Shown piece by piece: positions 1 through 11,064 of a DNA stretch of 64,000 nt (position 1 is its first letter; every line of letters begins with the position of its first letter). A program made the position numbers and the translations under genes. Origin of the DNA: Eledone cirrhosa. Lineage: Eukaryota. Where the stretch lies: assembly GCA_964016885.1 (NCBI GenBank), contig OZ024763.1:13888001-13952000 (forward strand), read 5' to 3'. The notes below the pieces were generated by a model. It was not told the DNA's origin. It was given only the letters and a program-made list of their open reading frames with translations, and ran no database searches.

Positions 1-110
1 GATTTATATACACACCAAGGATGGAGGGAAGACGGAATTGAAAACCATTATTGCTGAGCACAACATTGCAGGATCAAATATAACACACACACACACATAT
101 ATATATATAT

Positions 111-898
111 AATCAGGTATGACCATTGATGAATGTCCCTGCAGATCATCAGGTTGTAGGATGAAATCAACCCTAGAGAAATGATAAGGTATATTTTACG
201 GAAGCTCGCGAAGAATAAAAATGAAAATGAACCATTTTGAATTAATATCATTGGGAAAGCCATGAAGGCCACTACATCAATTTTTCTTTTAAATAGAAAG
301 TAGGTTTATAAATTTTAATTTTGATAGTAATTTTATAGTTGTCTCGGTAGCCTAGTGGTAGGTGTTGGGACAGTGGTGATGCTGGTCTGGGGTTCAATCT
401 CAGTCAGGAATCTCTCGAGAAATTTAATTTTTTTTAATTTTTCATAAAATGAACGAAAAATAGAGGTTGCAGGAATCTGACTGAGGTCGAACCCCAGACC
501 AGCACCTCCATCACCTCTAATACTTACCACTAGTCTACGGAGGCGGTTATAAAAACTAACTGAAAATTAATATTTATAAACCTACTTTTTCAATTTTTTA
601 TAAAAACAAAATTTCTGTACAAGGTTTTCATGTACACCTGACAGAGATCGAACCCCTAATCAATATCACCACTGTCTCTAATGTCTACCACCAGACCACT
701 GAGACGGTTATGAAATCGCAGTGAAAATTAATATTTATAAAACTACATTTTGTTCGGTTGAAAACTCGATGTAGTGGCGTTCGTGGCTTTTTCGGGACGT
801 CCTTGAATTCATAAAGTAAATCTAGACTTTATTTCTCATTGCTCTAGGCTTGATTTGAACCTACAACAACTCCGTCTGCAATAATGTCATACCTCATT
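111..898. mobile_element. Fold-back (long inverted-repeat) MITE-like element P1 with tRNA-like units in the arms; inner right arm duplicated
   Basis: Termini AGGTATGAC...GTCATACCT. The arms pair imperfectly around an A/T centre (~410-470). A-box TAGCCTAGTGG 348-358 and B-box GGTTCAATCTC 391-401 are mirrored on the minus strand at ~473-542 and ~638-708. Confidence 0.8.
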
Positions 899-1099
899 CT
901 GGCTTAGTTCGTCGTACCCGTAAATTGTTAAATGTGGTTCCTATATATACATGCAAGTAAGATTTGAACCTACAATGCTGTGCTTAATTTCTATTAATAA
1001 GTGTGTTTTATAAAAGAAAGTAAAGAAACAATTAAATGAAAGTAAAACATTTATTTTATTCAGTCATGGTTTTATTTTTATTTTATGTATTCACTTCAT

Positions 1100-1560
1100 T
1101 AACTGCTGAATAGTTCTCTTGTTTTTGTTTGTTCTTACCATTGTTTACTGTAAATGGTGACTTGACGAGACTGGATTATTACCAAGTTTTACTGGATGAT
1201 GACATTTCCTTATTGTATTATTTTGTTGTCAGTGGACATCTCTCTAAATACCTGGAATAAACATATGGTGTGTCTTTTACGTAACATTTCATTTAATATC
1301 TGATGTTCCAATGGATTACTTTTAAAATAAAACCAATAAACAGCACAGGTAGACTCCATCAAAAGAGACCACAGAGATGAGGTACGAATAATCTAAAATT
1401 AATTTTTAAAAAAAGACAATGTTTAAAGAAAGACAAACATTAAAAAAATATTTCCAACAAACACGTAAAGACAAAGACAATCACATCCACAATTTAATAT
1501 CTGAAGATCAACATTTTTCACGATATAAATAAAACTAAATATGTAAAGTTAAGTGACCTC
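1100..1560 (+). repeat. Unclassified conserved block B (AAATGG... head), paralogue 1
   Basis: Aligns by eye with blocks at ~5205, ~9045, ~12515, ~17215 and ~19685. Confidence 0.75.
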
Positions 1561-1939
1561 TCATTTATTTGCTCTAACTTTATTTTACTAATCTGTATTC
1601 TGTAGACATATATTTTCCTTGGTGTACATTACGATTTCGTTGATGAAAGTTTTCACTCGTCTTTAGATCTTTATTTCTTATAAAAGTTATAATACTCACC
1701 TCCTCTCATTAGATCTCTATTTTACTTCTGGAATACTGTATTAACATTTATATTTTCATCTCGATATTATTAAGTATTAAGGTTGCCATGTATTACAATA
1801 CAGTATATAAACAAGGGAATATGAGGAGGGGTAATCATTTAAAAACAGCTAACCGCACACTCTGTGTATTTAGATTACACCAGGGTGTCCCATGGGCGAT
1901 TTCATATATACATACACACATATATATACAAGTTATTGA

Positions 1940-2050
1940 TTACAGAGTCGGGCTAGATCGATACAAAACGAACCTTAAGTTGATGAATAGCGAAACGCGC
2001 GCCACGAATCAATAAACGTAATGAATGTGTACCCATTCGTCCTTATTTTA
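1940..2050 (+). mobile_element. Penelope-like pseudo-LTR remnant with degenerate minimal hammerhead motif
   Basis: TTGATGA-ATAGC-GAAA-CGCGCG-CC (1980-2003), AATAAA at 2011, short tail, then (TA)n. Confidence 0.5.
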
Positions 2051-2094
2051 TTATATATATATATTTTAATATATATATATATATATATATCTTA

Positions 2095-2129
<35 letters not shown>

Positions 2130-2279
2130 AATATTAATTTATTTATTTCCACCTGGAGTTTCGACCGATAGATAGTATTAGCAATTGGAAAGACCAGTGG
2201 AAACATTGTTTCGTCGGTCCGATCTGACGAAGGTCGATCGACTGTCTATATATGTATATACATACACATACATTAATAT

Positions 2280-3000
2280 TTACTCACTTCTATGTAAATA
2301 TATATACATATTAAAAACACATACCATATACCAGCTTAAAAACGACTGACTAACCATCAGGACACATGCTTGCTCTTGTTAAAATTTCACAGAGATACTT
2401 ATGAAAACCGAACTTGCAACGCCACGTACACTTACATACACACACCTGTACATATACAGACGTATAGAAAAGGTATGACTTATATAGGTACATCAAAGTT
2501 AATGTTCCACTATAGCACCATTCGAGGTAGATAAAACGAAGTACCAGTGTAGTACTGGAGTCGATTCTTCTTCTATATCTCTTTCTTACTTCCTTTCTCC
2601 TACTTTCTCTCCTTCTCTGGTAAATATCTCCTGTGATCAGATCTAGGGTAGAGATGGGATCAGTCAGCTTTTAAAGAATACCCAAGACACCCCGAATATC
2701 AACGTGGGATCACCAAGACTCCCACGCAAGCTATACATCCCTACATACATAGCAACATCAGACAGATCCTTTATGTAGATCACTTTTACTCGATGATGGA
2801 AGACAAGTTTTCAGTGAGTCAGAAAGGAATATTTGCGATATGAAGGGAGAACCTCTCTGAATAAATATTAGATAGTTAAGATGCTACGTAAAGCAGGCGG
2901 CGACAACATCGAGGACCAGAGATGCCATGTGGAAATAGACATCCACATATAAATATACAAAGATGGGGGACCTTATCATCATAGACACTTGGGCTTATGA
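2280..3000. repeat. Unclassified paralogous block D (also ~18,050-18,740 and ~33,660-34,320); contains a SINE-core remnant
   Basis: Direct alignment by eye, e.g. CATCAGGACACATGCTTGCTC and GATGCTACGTAAAGCAGGCGG are shared by all three copies. Confidence 0.8.
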
Positions 3001-3026
3001 ATACACAAATATATATTATATATACA

Positions 3027-3062
<36 letters not shown>

Positions 3063-3090
3063 CATGTGTGTATGTGTGGGGGGGGGGGGG

Positions 3091-3280
3091 CTCCTGCAGG
3101 ACTAGAACGGTTTCATTCGGAAGAAATCAAGGGCTTTCCTGATGATTTTTTCCGAATGAAACAGTTCTAGTCCTGTAGAAGCCATTTCTATATTAAATAT
3201 TATTTATTAAGTATTTATAATCTGCTATGTAATGAGTACCTTACTTACTGTGGTTACCGCCGATTGAACCCGGGATAAAC
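3091..3280. mobile_element. Short hairpin element (~100 bp inverted repeat plus tail) with CTGATGA...GAAAC motif
   Basis: CTGCAGGACTAGAACGGTTTCATTCGGAAGAAATCA / TGATTTTTTCCGAATGAAACAGTTCTAGTCCTGTAG. Family members at 18,787 and, inverted, at 28,765. Confidence 0.7.
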
Positions 3281-3786
3281 ATATATATATATACGGGTGC
3301 ACAGGTGTACGGTGTCCTCAAGTTAACACCAAGGATTACGCTCGATGTCCCGTCACACATCACTACATCTTCGAGTAAATGTTGATTAGTAAATAAACCG
3401 TGTATCTCACATGTAAGAGGAAAACTATAGCAAGTGTTGAGGATAAGAGACGTGTGAAAATAATAATAATAATAGTGTTACAATTATTAATAGTAGTAGT
3501 TGTAATAATAAAGTGAGGGGGGACAACATTATTATAAATAGTTATGTACACACAAGCTTACACAGGTACACATTCGTACACGTATTTACACAAACGTTTA
3601 TAAATAAAAGACGAAGCTGATAAAAAGAACATATATTACCGTATCGCGTTTGGAACGATACACTTGACGTTGAGTTCTTGAATCTGATCCCATCACCGGT
3701 TGCTGATACCATTATTGCACACACAACACAAGTTTAAAGAGCTGCCTGTTTAGAAACAATATTTCCAGGCCACCATCTACTCACTA

Positions 3787-4564
3787 AGGTATGACAGCTG
3801 AAGGACATCACTGGATATCAGCTGGTCGTTGGATGAAATAAACCTAGTGATAAGAATAAAAGTCATGATATATTTTCTGAAAACTCGAGAAAAGTAAAAA
3901 CCATGGCGACTTGTTTGTGGTATTAAAAAGACTGAGAAAGCCATGAACACCACCACGTCAATTAAGCTTCGAAAATAGAAAGTAGGTTTATATATATTAA
4001 TTTTCAGTATATTTTTATATCCGTCTCGTTGGCCTATTGGTAGGTGTTAGAGACGGTGAAGATCGAGGTTTGGGGTTCAACCTTAGCCAGGATCTATATA
4101 AAATAAGGGGGTTTTACTAATTTTTTTCAGCTTTTTAAAAATGTAAAAAAGTAGATAAAAATTTTTTTTCATTTTACCATAGATTTTTTTACGTTTGCAT
4201 TGAAAAAAGCTGAAAAAAATTAGTAAAACCCCCTTATTTTATATAGATCGTGGCCAAGATCGAAACCCAGACCAGGATCTCCACCGTCTCTCATACCTCC
4301 CACTAGGCTACAAAGACAGCTTCAGAATAATATTAAAAATTAATATTTATAAACATACTTTTGATTTTGGAAGATTAATTGAAGTGGTGGCGTTCATGCC
4401 TTTCTTAGTGTTGCTGTGATTAGAAAGGGTCGACTTTGTCTTTCATAATTCAGGCTCTTTCATGAAGTAAATATTCATTTTATTTCTTAACGCCCTAGTA
4501 TTGATTTGAACCTACAATTACTTCGTCTGCAATAATGTTCACTAATTTCAAATCTGCCATACCT
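3787..4564. mobile_element. Fold-back element P2 with a perfect 46 bp inner inverted repeat
   Basis: Same termini and arms as P1; 4091-4136 is the exact reverse complement of 4204-4249. Confidence 0.85.
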
Positions 4565-5074
4565 AAATCCTGTTGCGACTTACAAATAAATTGTTAAATG
4601 TCACTTTTATATATTTACCAATGTGAGATTGGAACCTACAGTTATGTGCTTTGCAGTAATGTCCCGTAACTCAAACTAGATTGCGCTAAGCTTATATATT
4701 TCTTTCGTCCGAACAACATAATGGTTTCGATCCCAGTTCGCTACTGGTACAAGAAATAATTTAAAGAAATTCTATATCCCCAGCTAAATATTGAACTCCT
4801 AACGACATTTTATGTTACTTAATACCAATAACCCTGTTACACACTGAACATCTAAGCCCTGAACACACATTTATATTTATGACTCAATTTCCAATTTTTT
4901 AAATGATATTACACCACCTTTGTGTTCTAGGTGAAAATCCTGTCGATATTAATTTACAATTTTATAACTTTAGAGAAGAAAAATAGAGTACCAGTCATTT
5001 TATGGGTTCAATTTAATCGATCGGCTTCACCCCGTCAATCACTTGACATTTGCCAAACAAAAACACACAAACAG

Positions 5075-5105
<31 letters not shown>

Positions 5106-5328
5106 CGACAAATTAAAATAAATTACGTGTTTAATAAAGAAAAAAATTATTGAAAGTAAGAAATTATAATTATTTAGTAATAATATTTTTATTCTTTGTT
5201 TCCACTGCATTAACTGCTGAGTGTGACTTAATTTTCTTACTATTTTCTACTGTAAATGGCGGCTGAGTCGTTATTGGAGTATTACTAAGGTTTACTGGAT
5301 GATGTTTCCTTATTGCTTTATTTTACAA

Positions 5329-5385
5329 AAAGTACCAGTAATGCACTGGGTAATTGCTGGACTTGTGCCTAAAGTAGAAACAATT
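5329..5385 (+). mobile_element. 5'-truncated SINE 3' end inserted in block B, with target-site duplication
   Basis: AAGTACCAGTAATGCACTGGGTAATTGCTGG...GTAGAAACA flanked by TTATTTTACAAA on both sides; the paralogue at ~19,799 has the empty site. Confidence 0.8.
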
Positions 5386-5464
5386 ATTTTACAAACAGTG
5401 GACATCGGAATATCCCTCTATATACCTGGGATAAATGTAAGGAGCATTGTTATGTTATACATAG

Positions 5465-6050
5465 TACAATGGTCATCTCTTCTTATATTTACATTTTCTT
5501 CCCCAATTCTGTATTTTGAAGTACTTTCATTATTTTAAATATTTCTATCATGTCACTCGTTTGATTAATCTCCTCCAAAGTTGTAATTCTATGTTTTTGT
5601 CCTTGGTATAGTGAACTAATGTTGATATTTTCAAGTCTTGGTATTTATATGGAATAGTGTACTAATATTTAAATAGTCTTTATATTTTTGTCTTGTCTCC
5701 CCTAAGATTTATCTCCTCTAAATTTACAAAAGTTTCTCATCTTCCTTCACAAGACAGATCCCTAAATAATTCTAGTGTCTTCTGTTTTCTCCTCTCTGGG
5801 TTGCTTCAAGAGCCTCACCGTTTCTTCGGAGGTCAGTTGACCATGGCCCAAAACAATATTCTCAGTGGTATCACACATATTCATCTAGAGTTTTAGATAT
5901 TTCAGCATTTAACTAGGAAAAAGAATGTTTTATTATTTCTATTATCCGTCTCCCTGTTTTGCTTCAACATGGTTAGTCATCTTTCAATTCATATTCATAC
6001 ATATTCACAATTCTTCTGTGAGGGGTATAAGAAGCTCGTTTGATGATCGA
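5465..6050 (-). mobile_element. Decayed CR1-type LINE ORF2 C-terminal fragment
   Basis: Minus strand gives ITTLEEINQTSDMIEIFKIMK, like the CR1 'LEERRLRGDMIEVFKI' motif; paralogous to 6340-7270. Confidence 0.7.
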
Positions 6051-6339
6051 ACCTGACTGAAAATCGTAAGGTCCTCAGATACGTCTTGATTCTACGAAGC
6101 AGATTTTCCTATTTCCATACATTTATATACACACCAAGGATGGAAGACAGATCTCTGTATATTTTCATGAAATTAGATTCACCGTTAACATGGAGTGACG
6201 ACTAAACTGTAGTTATGTCCAAGCCAGTTGATACAATTCTAAGTTAGTTGATATATTTTGAAGTATTGCGAGATTTACTGAGTTCTTTTCTTATTGCCAT
6301 AGCATGATCAAATTCACTACAATGCTTTCTGCTCACTTT

Positions 6340-7270
6340 TACTCAGCATCACAAATATTTCGTTCTTCATCTGTCATATCTTTTTATCATCATTTACTGT
6401 TGTGTCGTCTACTCCATCATTTAAACTATTCAATTCACTAATATCTCTTTGAGAAATATATATTTTCTGATGTCTTTAGAGCATTGTATCTTATAAACAG
6501 TATAATGGTGTCCTCTTCTTACATTTTCTTCTGTAATTTCAAGTGCTTTCATTATCTTAAATATTTCTGTCGTGTCTCCCCTTAGCTTTATCTCCTCCAA
6601 AGTCGTAATTCCTGGCTTTTTACATCTTTCTTCTCAAGAATTCTGGTATTTCATGCTTTTTTCTTCTCTGGATTCCTTCAATAGCTTCTCTCTCCTTTCG
6701 GAAGTCGGGTGACCAGACCTGCAAATAATATTCTAAGTAGTATCACACATATCATTTATCTAGAATTTTAATATATCTGTATTTAGGTAGGTAAAGTAAT
6801 ATTTCATCATTCCTATAATCCGACTTGGTGTTGTGGTCTTTTCCTGTGAGATAGTTAGCTACCTTTAAATTCAAATTGATACATATTCCACATTTGTTGG
6901 GGGTGGGTGAAACAAAAAAACACAATTTTACATCAGTATTCGATGTTAAAACTTGCTGGCGTCTTATACGTTCAAGATACAAATATGATAATTAAAGTAT
7001 ATACTATCCATGTATCTCCCTATTTTTAACTCTTCTTCAAAATGTATTCCGAAAAATCCTGTATGAGGTCTCTGTAAGTGTTCGATTTTCAATAGATTGT
7101 ATTGCCGTTGAAGATGCAATCATTTCTCCTTCTTATCAATAAACAATTTGTCATACAATTGTTGCTTCGTTCATTTTAAGTTTAGTTTCACAAACTATCG
7201 TTAATTCAAGATTTTGCTCTAATATAATAAATTATACTTTTAAAAGACTGACATTCTCACGTTCATTCTT
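6340..7270 (-). mobile_element. Internally deleted, decayed CR1-type LINE (APE N-terminus plus post-RT C-terminus)
   Basis: Minus strand reads LEYYLQVWSPDFRKEREAIEGIQRR...GITTLEEIKLRGDTTEIFKIMKALE (CR1 ORF2 C-terminal consensus) and ENVSLL...LEQNLELTIVCETKL (APE-like N...ET.L motif). Confidence 0.75.
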
Positions 7271-7608
7271 TATCTTCTATATTATCTAATGAATAAAACA
7301 ATGTATGTGAGCTGTAGAAATAACACGACCTTCTTTCACCGCTGCAGATAGCAAACTGGCAGTGTGTTTAGCTGACAACGGTGAACGTCACGTGTTTAGT
7401 GTTAAATCCCAACAAAGTACCATTTATATACCGTGTTAACTGGAAAGACGGACCAAATAAGGATACAATCTGCTCTCCTTATCAATATTCTCTGAGATTG
7501 AGGACCTTGGTCCCTGAATAAGCAGTGAGATAAAGTGATAGGGTTGAATCTCTAGCAAGAATTACAGTAGGTTATTTTTAACGAAGGACATCAATAAATT
7601 TAATAGTG

Positions 7609-8416
7609 AGGTATGACAGTTGAAGAAGGCCACTGCAGATTATCGGGTTGTAGGATGAAATGAACCTTAGAGAAAGTAAGTGAACATATATTTTCTCAAA
7701 TTGCCAGAAGAATAAAAATCCAATGTCGACCCTCTCGAAGTATTGATAATGCTGAGAAGGGCATGAATGCCACAACATCTATTATGCTTGGAAATACAAG
7801 GTAGGTTTCTGAAAGCTCCAGATTAATAAAATACAAGGTCGGTCGTTGGTAGTGCGAATAACATGGAGAAAGACATGAAGGCCACCACATCAAGTTTGCT
7901 TGGATATAGAAAAGTAGCTTTATAAATATAAATGTTCATAGTACTTTCGTGGCAGTCTCTGTGGGCTAATGGTATGTGATAGAGACGGTGAAGATCCTAG
8001 TCACTGGTTCAATCTCGGCCAGGAACTACACTAACGTTTTTCATTTTACTAGAGATAAAATGAAAAATGTTTGAATCTTTTCATTAAGACACCTCTGGTC
8101 TTGGCCAAGATTGAACCCGACACCAGTATCTTCACCGTCTCTCATACCTTCCACAAGGCCACCGAAACTTGCTACAAAAAGTTATGGAAAATTAATATTT
8201 ATAAATCTACTTTACTATTTTCAAGCAAAATTGATGTGGTGGCGTTCATGCCTTACTCAATGTTATAAATACTAAAAAGGGTCGACTTTGTCTTTCATCC
8301 TCCTGGATCTTTGATAAATTAAATCTTCACTTTGTTTCTTATCGCTCTACGGTTGATTTGAACCTACAATGTCCCCGTCTACAATAATATTTACTAACTT
8401 TAAATCTATCATACCT
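7609..8416. mobile_element. Fold-back element P3
   Basis: AGGTATGAC...ATCATACCT termini; inner arms GAGACGGTGAAGAT...GGTTCAATCTCGGCCAGG / TTGGCCAAGATTGAACC...ATCTTCACCGTCTC. Confidence 0.85.
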
Positions 8417-9769
8417 GGTTTGTGTGTGTGTCTGTGTGTGTGTGAAATATTCCCACCTCGTACAATACGCCCGTAAATTGTTAAACCTGATTTCTATATA
8501 GATAATATATGTAGCAGTGTAAGATCTGAACCTACAATGATATGTTTTGCAGTAATTTTACACAATTTCAACTAAATAGCGATATGTATATGTTTTTCGT
8601 TTCTTAAAAATAAAAGAAATTCTATATCCGCAGCTAAATATTGAACTCCTGACAGCACCACAAACTACATTAAATATTTAACTACAAAGTCTCACACGAC
8701 TTTGTAACTAAATGATAAAATAATAACCTTAATCTTTAATTGATATTACTTCACCTTTTTGTGTTCTCATCTCGGTGAAAATCTGGCCCTGATTAATTTA
8801 ACATTTTTATTTTTGGAGAGATAAAATATAGTACCAGTCACATACTGGAACCAATTTAAATGATCGAATTCTCCCCGTAAATTTCTGCCTCAGTTACAAA
8901 CAAAGAGGGTGTATCTGTATGTGTAAATATATATATATACATATATATTAAAGTATGTGTTAGCAATAAATAAATGAAACAAATTAAATAATAAAAGTAA
9001 GACATTTTTATTCAGTAGTTTTATTTTTATTATGATTTTCAATACATTAACTGCCCAGTGTGCCTTTTGTTTTTGTTTCTTCTTATTTTCTATTGCAAAT
9101 GGCGGCTACGGCGAAACTGGATTATTACCAAGGTTTACTGGATGTTGTCTTTTGCTTCTTGGATTACTTTACAAACTTGAGACATCAGGATATTTACCGC
9201 AATACCCGAGATAAACATAAGGTCCGTCTTTTACGCAATATTTCGCTTTAAAGACTTGTGTTGACTTGATCAAATTTGACCTGTCTACGAGACAGAGATG
9301 CTATTTCAAAACAAACCACACAGACCAACCATGAATAATCTAAAATTAGTTTTACAAAAGATAATCTATCTTTAAAGAGACAAATATTTAAAAACTGACG
9401 TTCAAAGGAACACTCGATGGCAGAAAGAATCTCAGCCACAATTTAATGTCTGAAGTTAGACATTTTTCACGACATAAATATAGTTTAATGCTCCTCCTCT
9501 CATATCCGATTCCTTTCCTCAAATCCTCCAATAATACATATTTTATAGAGATATAATGTTGTGTTTTGTTTATATTTTCACCTTTTCTAGTAATTCGTAG
9601 TTTTAGAATTGTCATTCCGATCATGTAGAAAATCTATGACATTATCCTGATTGATATTATACGTTTTCAATATGAGATTGGAAGGCATAGCAAGTTCAAA
9701 TTCACGACAATGCTTTCCGCTCACTTTTACTCAGCATCACAAATATTTCAATCTATTCATTCGTTCTTC

Positions 9770-10720
9770 ATCTGTCATATCTTTTTATAATCATTTACTG
9801 TTGTGTCGTCTACTCCATCATTTAAACTATTCAATTCACTAATATCTCTTTGAGAAATATATATTTTCTGATGTCTTTAGAGCATTGTATCTTATAAACA
9901 GTATAATGGTGTCCTCTTCTTACATTTTCTTCTGATTTTCAAGTCCTTTCATTATCATAAATATTTCTGTCGTGTCTCCCCTTAGTTTTATCTCCTCCAA
10001 AGTTGTAATTCCTAGATTTTTACACCTTTCTTGTCAAGACAGATTTGTTAATAATTCTGGTATTTCATGCTTCTTTCTTCTCTGGATTCCTTCAATAGCT
10101 TCTCTCTCCTTTCGGAAGTCGGGTGACCATACCTGCAAATAATATTCTAAGTAGTATCACACATATCATTTATCTAGAGTTTCAATATTTCTGTATGTTG
10201 GTAGGTATAGTAATATTTTATCATTCCTATAATCCGACTTGGTGTTGTGGGTTTTTTTATGTGAGATGGTTAGTTAACCTTAAATTCAAATTGTTACATA
10301 TTCCGATTTTGTTGGGGTGGGTGAAACAAGAGACACATTTTTACATACAAATTCGATGTTAAAACCTGCTGGCGTCTTATACATCCAAGATACGAATATG
10401 ATAATTATATATGTTTGTACTAGCCATGTATAAGTATATCCCTATTTATAACTCTTCCTCAAAACAATATATTCCGAAAAATGCCGTATGATGTCTCCGT
10501 GAGTGTTCCATTTCAATCAATATCTCATTTCGATTTTCAATAGATTGTGTGGCCCTTGAAGATGCAATCATTTCTCCTTCTTATAATAATTAATTTGTTT
10601 TACAATGTTCGTATTGTTGCTTCGTCCATTTTACGTTTAGTGTCACAAACTATCGTTAATTCAAGATTTTGCTCTAATATAATAAACTATACTTTTAAAA
10701 GACTGACATTCTCATATTCA
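9770..10720 (-). mobile_element. Decayed CR1-type LINE fragment (paralogue of 6340-7270)
   Basis: Direct alignment with 6340-7270. Confidence 0.7.
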
Positions 10721-11064
10721 TTCTATCTCTTCTATATAGTTATCTAACCGATAAAAGAATGTATGTGGTATGTGAGAGGTAGAAATAACACGACCTTCTT
10801 TCACCGCTGCAGATAGCAAACTGGCAGTGTGTTTAGCTGACAACGGTGAACATCACGTGTTTAGCGTTAAGTCCCAACATAGTGCCATTTTTATACCGGG
10901 TTAACTGGAAAGTCGGACCAAATAAGGATACAATCTTCTGCCCTTATCAACATTCTCCGATCTTGGTCCCTGAATAAATAGTGAGATAAAGTGATAGGGT
11001 TGAATCTCTATCAAGAATTACAGTAGGTTATTTTTAACGAAGGACATCAATAAATTTAATAGTG

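Noticed and set aside
341-409. Functional tRNA genes in palindrome arms or SINE heads
   Set aside because: Acceptor and anticodon stems do not pair cleanly and the anticodons vary among copies; called tRNA-like only.
1215-1260. 2A-like peptide (ILLSVDISLN/PG) in block B
   Set aside because: It needs a frameshift, lacks the G-D-x-E and final P residues, and other copies have extra bases there.
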